Origin: Nemertoderma westbladi
Taxonomy: Eukaryota; Animalia; Xenacoelomorpha
Length of the DNA: 64,000 nucleotides
Reading direction: 5' to 3'
NCBI GenBank assembly: GCA_032718475.1
Contig: JAUCBJ010005652.1
Coordinates: forward strand, 62,001-126,000
Shown here: positions 61,501-64,000 of the stretch, piece by piece
Position numbering within the stretch: position 1 is the stretch's first letter
Layout: each line of letters opens with the position of its first letter
Notes under the pieces: generated by a model
What the model saw: the letters and a program-made list of their open reading frames with translations, nothing else
The model's database searches: none
Told to the model about the DNA's origin: nothing
Program-made: the position numbers and the translations under genes

Positions 61501-62040
61501 CACCCTCCGAGAACATTGCCGTTCTAGAACATGTTCGCAAATGTCGCGCCTTTTATTTTAAACTGTGGTGTGGAGTAAGCAAGTTCTCCTCCTCCACTGC
61601 GATACTAGACGCCGTAGACAACGTCGTCAACCCCGATTGTGACATCAGGTTGGGAGGCCTGTCCGGCTTCCGCCGCCGTGCAGCGGCGTTGCTTCTCTCC
61701 AACGGGTGTCATCAGACTCTTTGCAGCAGTCCCAACTGTTGGAAAGCGGATGATGGTTGCATCTGCTTGCTGTGCATCAATCCGGCTGACACTAAATTGC
61801 ACTTCAAATCTTGCCCTGGCATTCCCCCATGCGCGACTGACCTTCGATGCGCTCTTTTCCTTCTCACCCTGGGTCTCCCCAAATAATTATTTTTATCACT
61901 GTTTGCCATATTTTAATCGCCTTATATTTTTCTGCCACTGTATATTTAAATTATATGAATTCATACGTAGGCTACTTACTGTATTGTATATAATTATATT
62001 ACTCGTATGAGTGTTACCCTGTTACCCATTTGTATTATTA
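58590..62040 (+). mobile_element. 5'-truncated LINE (RT, RTEX-like), frameshifted, split by a CMC element; both ends approximate
   Basis: LDARISATEVTE (to 58692) rejoins AVKDQKAHKAAGPDRI (after 60412); YRGIA, VDFTKAFDSV, GVVQGDKLSP, ADDL, FNYLG. Confidence 0.85.
58693..60412. mobile_element. Non-autonomous CMC/EnSpm-like element
   Basis: 14-bp TIR CCCAGTTAAACATG/CATGTTTAACTGGG; 2-bp TSD AA; CATATG-rich subterminal repeats; excision restores the LINE frame. Confidence 0.85.
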
Positions 62041-62469
62041 TTTAACTAATATTCCGAATGTTATGGGATTAAAATAAATAAATTCATAAAACCAAAACGG
62101 TGACACAGGATAAAACACGGACGTACAGTATTGGGAATCAGTGCATGTAAATGCGGCCATGTGAAGTATCACAGGATTCCATTCCCCAGCGAAAAAATAA
62201 ACACATCGGAAAGGAATCTGGCCCATTCACTATATCATTAGGCAACTTTCGTATTTTCCCGTGCTGGGCGATGTCCTTTATTTTATGAGGGGGATGATCT
62301 GTCGATCAGTCAGTCGGATGGTAAGTAAGAAGGTGGGTGGTGGGTGGAGCAGATGTTGGAAGGTGGGTGGATGGCAGGTGGTTGGATGGGCTTATGGGAA
62401 GGTGCCTGGATTGGCATGTGGTAAGATGAGAAAGTGGGTGGGCGGGAATGTGAGGAGGTGGCCGGATGG

Positions 62470-62940
62470 TATTTTATTGTTTTGGTTAGAAAAAACAGCC
62501 CCTGTAACATTCTCCTTTCCCTCAGTTGCTAGGTGACATAATCGTTTGTTTTGGTTAGAACCGTACCTCTATAACCTGCTCCTTTCCCTCAATTGGTAGG
62601 TAGGTATCAACAAAGTTTAATGTTTTGGTTAGAAAAGCAAAACCATGTACAGATGTAACCTGCTCGACACACTTTTATTGTTTTGGTTCTGAGGTAAGTA
62701 ACAACAACATCGTTTATTGTTTTGGTTAGAAAAGCCAGATTATGTGAACTGCTTTATTCCCTAAATTGGTAACAACATCGATTATTGTTTTGGTTAGAAA
62801 ATCCAACCCCTGTATCCTTAACCTGCTCCTTTTCCCTCAATTTGTAGGTACCTACATCGTTTATTGTTTTGGTTAGAAATTGCCGCCGCTGAAACCTGCT
62901 CTTTTCCTTCAATTGGAAGGTAACAACAGCGTTTATTGAT
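62470..62940. repeat. Diverged ~60-bp tandem repeats; the motif also occurs inverted at ~24435 and ~37071
   Basis: ATCGTTTATTGTTTTGGTTAGAA…ACCTGCTCCTTTCCCTCAATTGG units. Confidence 0.75.
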
Positions 62941-63405
62941 TTGAGTCCCACATTCCCATCCACCTTTCCACATTCCCATCTTCCCACATTCCCATCAACC
63001 TTCACATCTTTCCTTCATCGTCTGGGTATAAACTCCACCGTATCAGCTGGCAATCAGGGCAATATGCGGCATGTTAGTGTTTCGCCATATTCGGCAGTAC
63101 ATAGAGGCCTACCCCTTCATGGGGGTTGTTATGTATATATTAACTTAAAGGAAGAACAGGAGTCTTACACCCCCAATAAAAAATATAGAATCAGGACATT
63201 TAGCCCAAAATATACTTCTCGACACCTAGGGTCATCGAAGAACAACAAACACACAAACAAATATAAATACATGCTAAACATAGAGTTATGTCTGTTAGTC
63301 AGTATGTCGTTAACATCAATTATTATAACGAACCTGCCTATTAATAGGCCAGGGTAGTTCTTGTCAAGAGTTGAGCCGTTTAAAAACACGATGTGGTTGT
63401 GTGTG

Positions 63406-64000
63406 TGTTCGCGCTTTCAGACCTTTGGCAGTTTAACCCGCCAAATTAGGATGTCTTCTAGATAATAAATCACCTTTAGCCTATGACAAGTATTTAATTC
63501 ACTACACTAGTCGAAACCAATCTGTGCGCGATCATTCACCCGTTGGATATACCCGGGAGATTGGGTTCGACGGCTTAATTTTATTGCTATGTAAGCCTAA
63601 TGTATTATTCGACTGACAGTATTATATAATCTCTGACAATATTATTCACCTTCGGGAAATATTAACAGTTCCTTTAGGACGTGGCGCTCTATCTATATAA
63701 ACAGAGTTATGACTTAAACTACTCACAACGATATGGCTTAGTTACAATTCACATATATGGCGCATTCTTTAGGAAATGCTTCGTTATCAGTCTCACTCAT
63801 ACACAATGCTGCACAATACTGCACACTGATCTGCCGATCTTCACTGATTTTAGTCACATATAAAAGGAACACGGACCGAATCATGTAGGGTCTATCAAAT
63901 AACATTAGATTCACTTCAAACCACTCAACATAGGTCGCAATCATTTATCTGTAACCTTTCTCTCTTACCTTCGGTATATCAAGAATATTGGGTTTTCGGG
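63406..64000 (-). repeat. BEL LTR copy D (A-subfamily; 3' LTR or solo LTR), runs off the window
   Basis: Near-identical reverse complement of ~7615-8208; its flank has no PBS or hairpin. Confidence 0.92.

Overview
Repeat-dense eukaryotic DNA, most likely from an invertebrate animal. It holds three single-exon protein genes (a GH20 hexosaminidase D-like gene, MRPL48 and LSG1), a probable BEN-domain gene or pseudogene, and a stack of nested transposable elements. These include four copies or fragments of one BEL/Pao LTR retrotransposon lineage (A: <1-8208 +, B: <8209-19795 -, C: 46381-58287 -, D: LTR from 63406), four LINE insertions, a Tc1-like transposase, several MITEs with readable TIRs and TSDs, two SINE-like elements and several minisatellites. 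The main finding concerns the two BEL/Pao copies whose 5' LTR is visible. Neither has a tRNA primer-binding site. Instead, the 11-12 nt abutting the 5' LTR are perfectly complementary to an 11-12-mer inside the element's own LTR, at the homologous position, with four compensatory changes between copies. This is the signature of Tf1-type self-primed reverse transcription, which I know only from Ty3/gypsy chromoviruses and not from BEL/Pao. The lineage also carries a ~3 kb post-pol region with a conserved non-env ORF, a variable cassette (with a CCHC knuckle in copy C) and a near-invariant non-coding block. All alignments and counts were done by eye.
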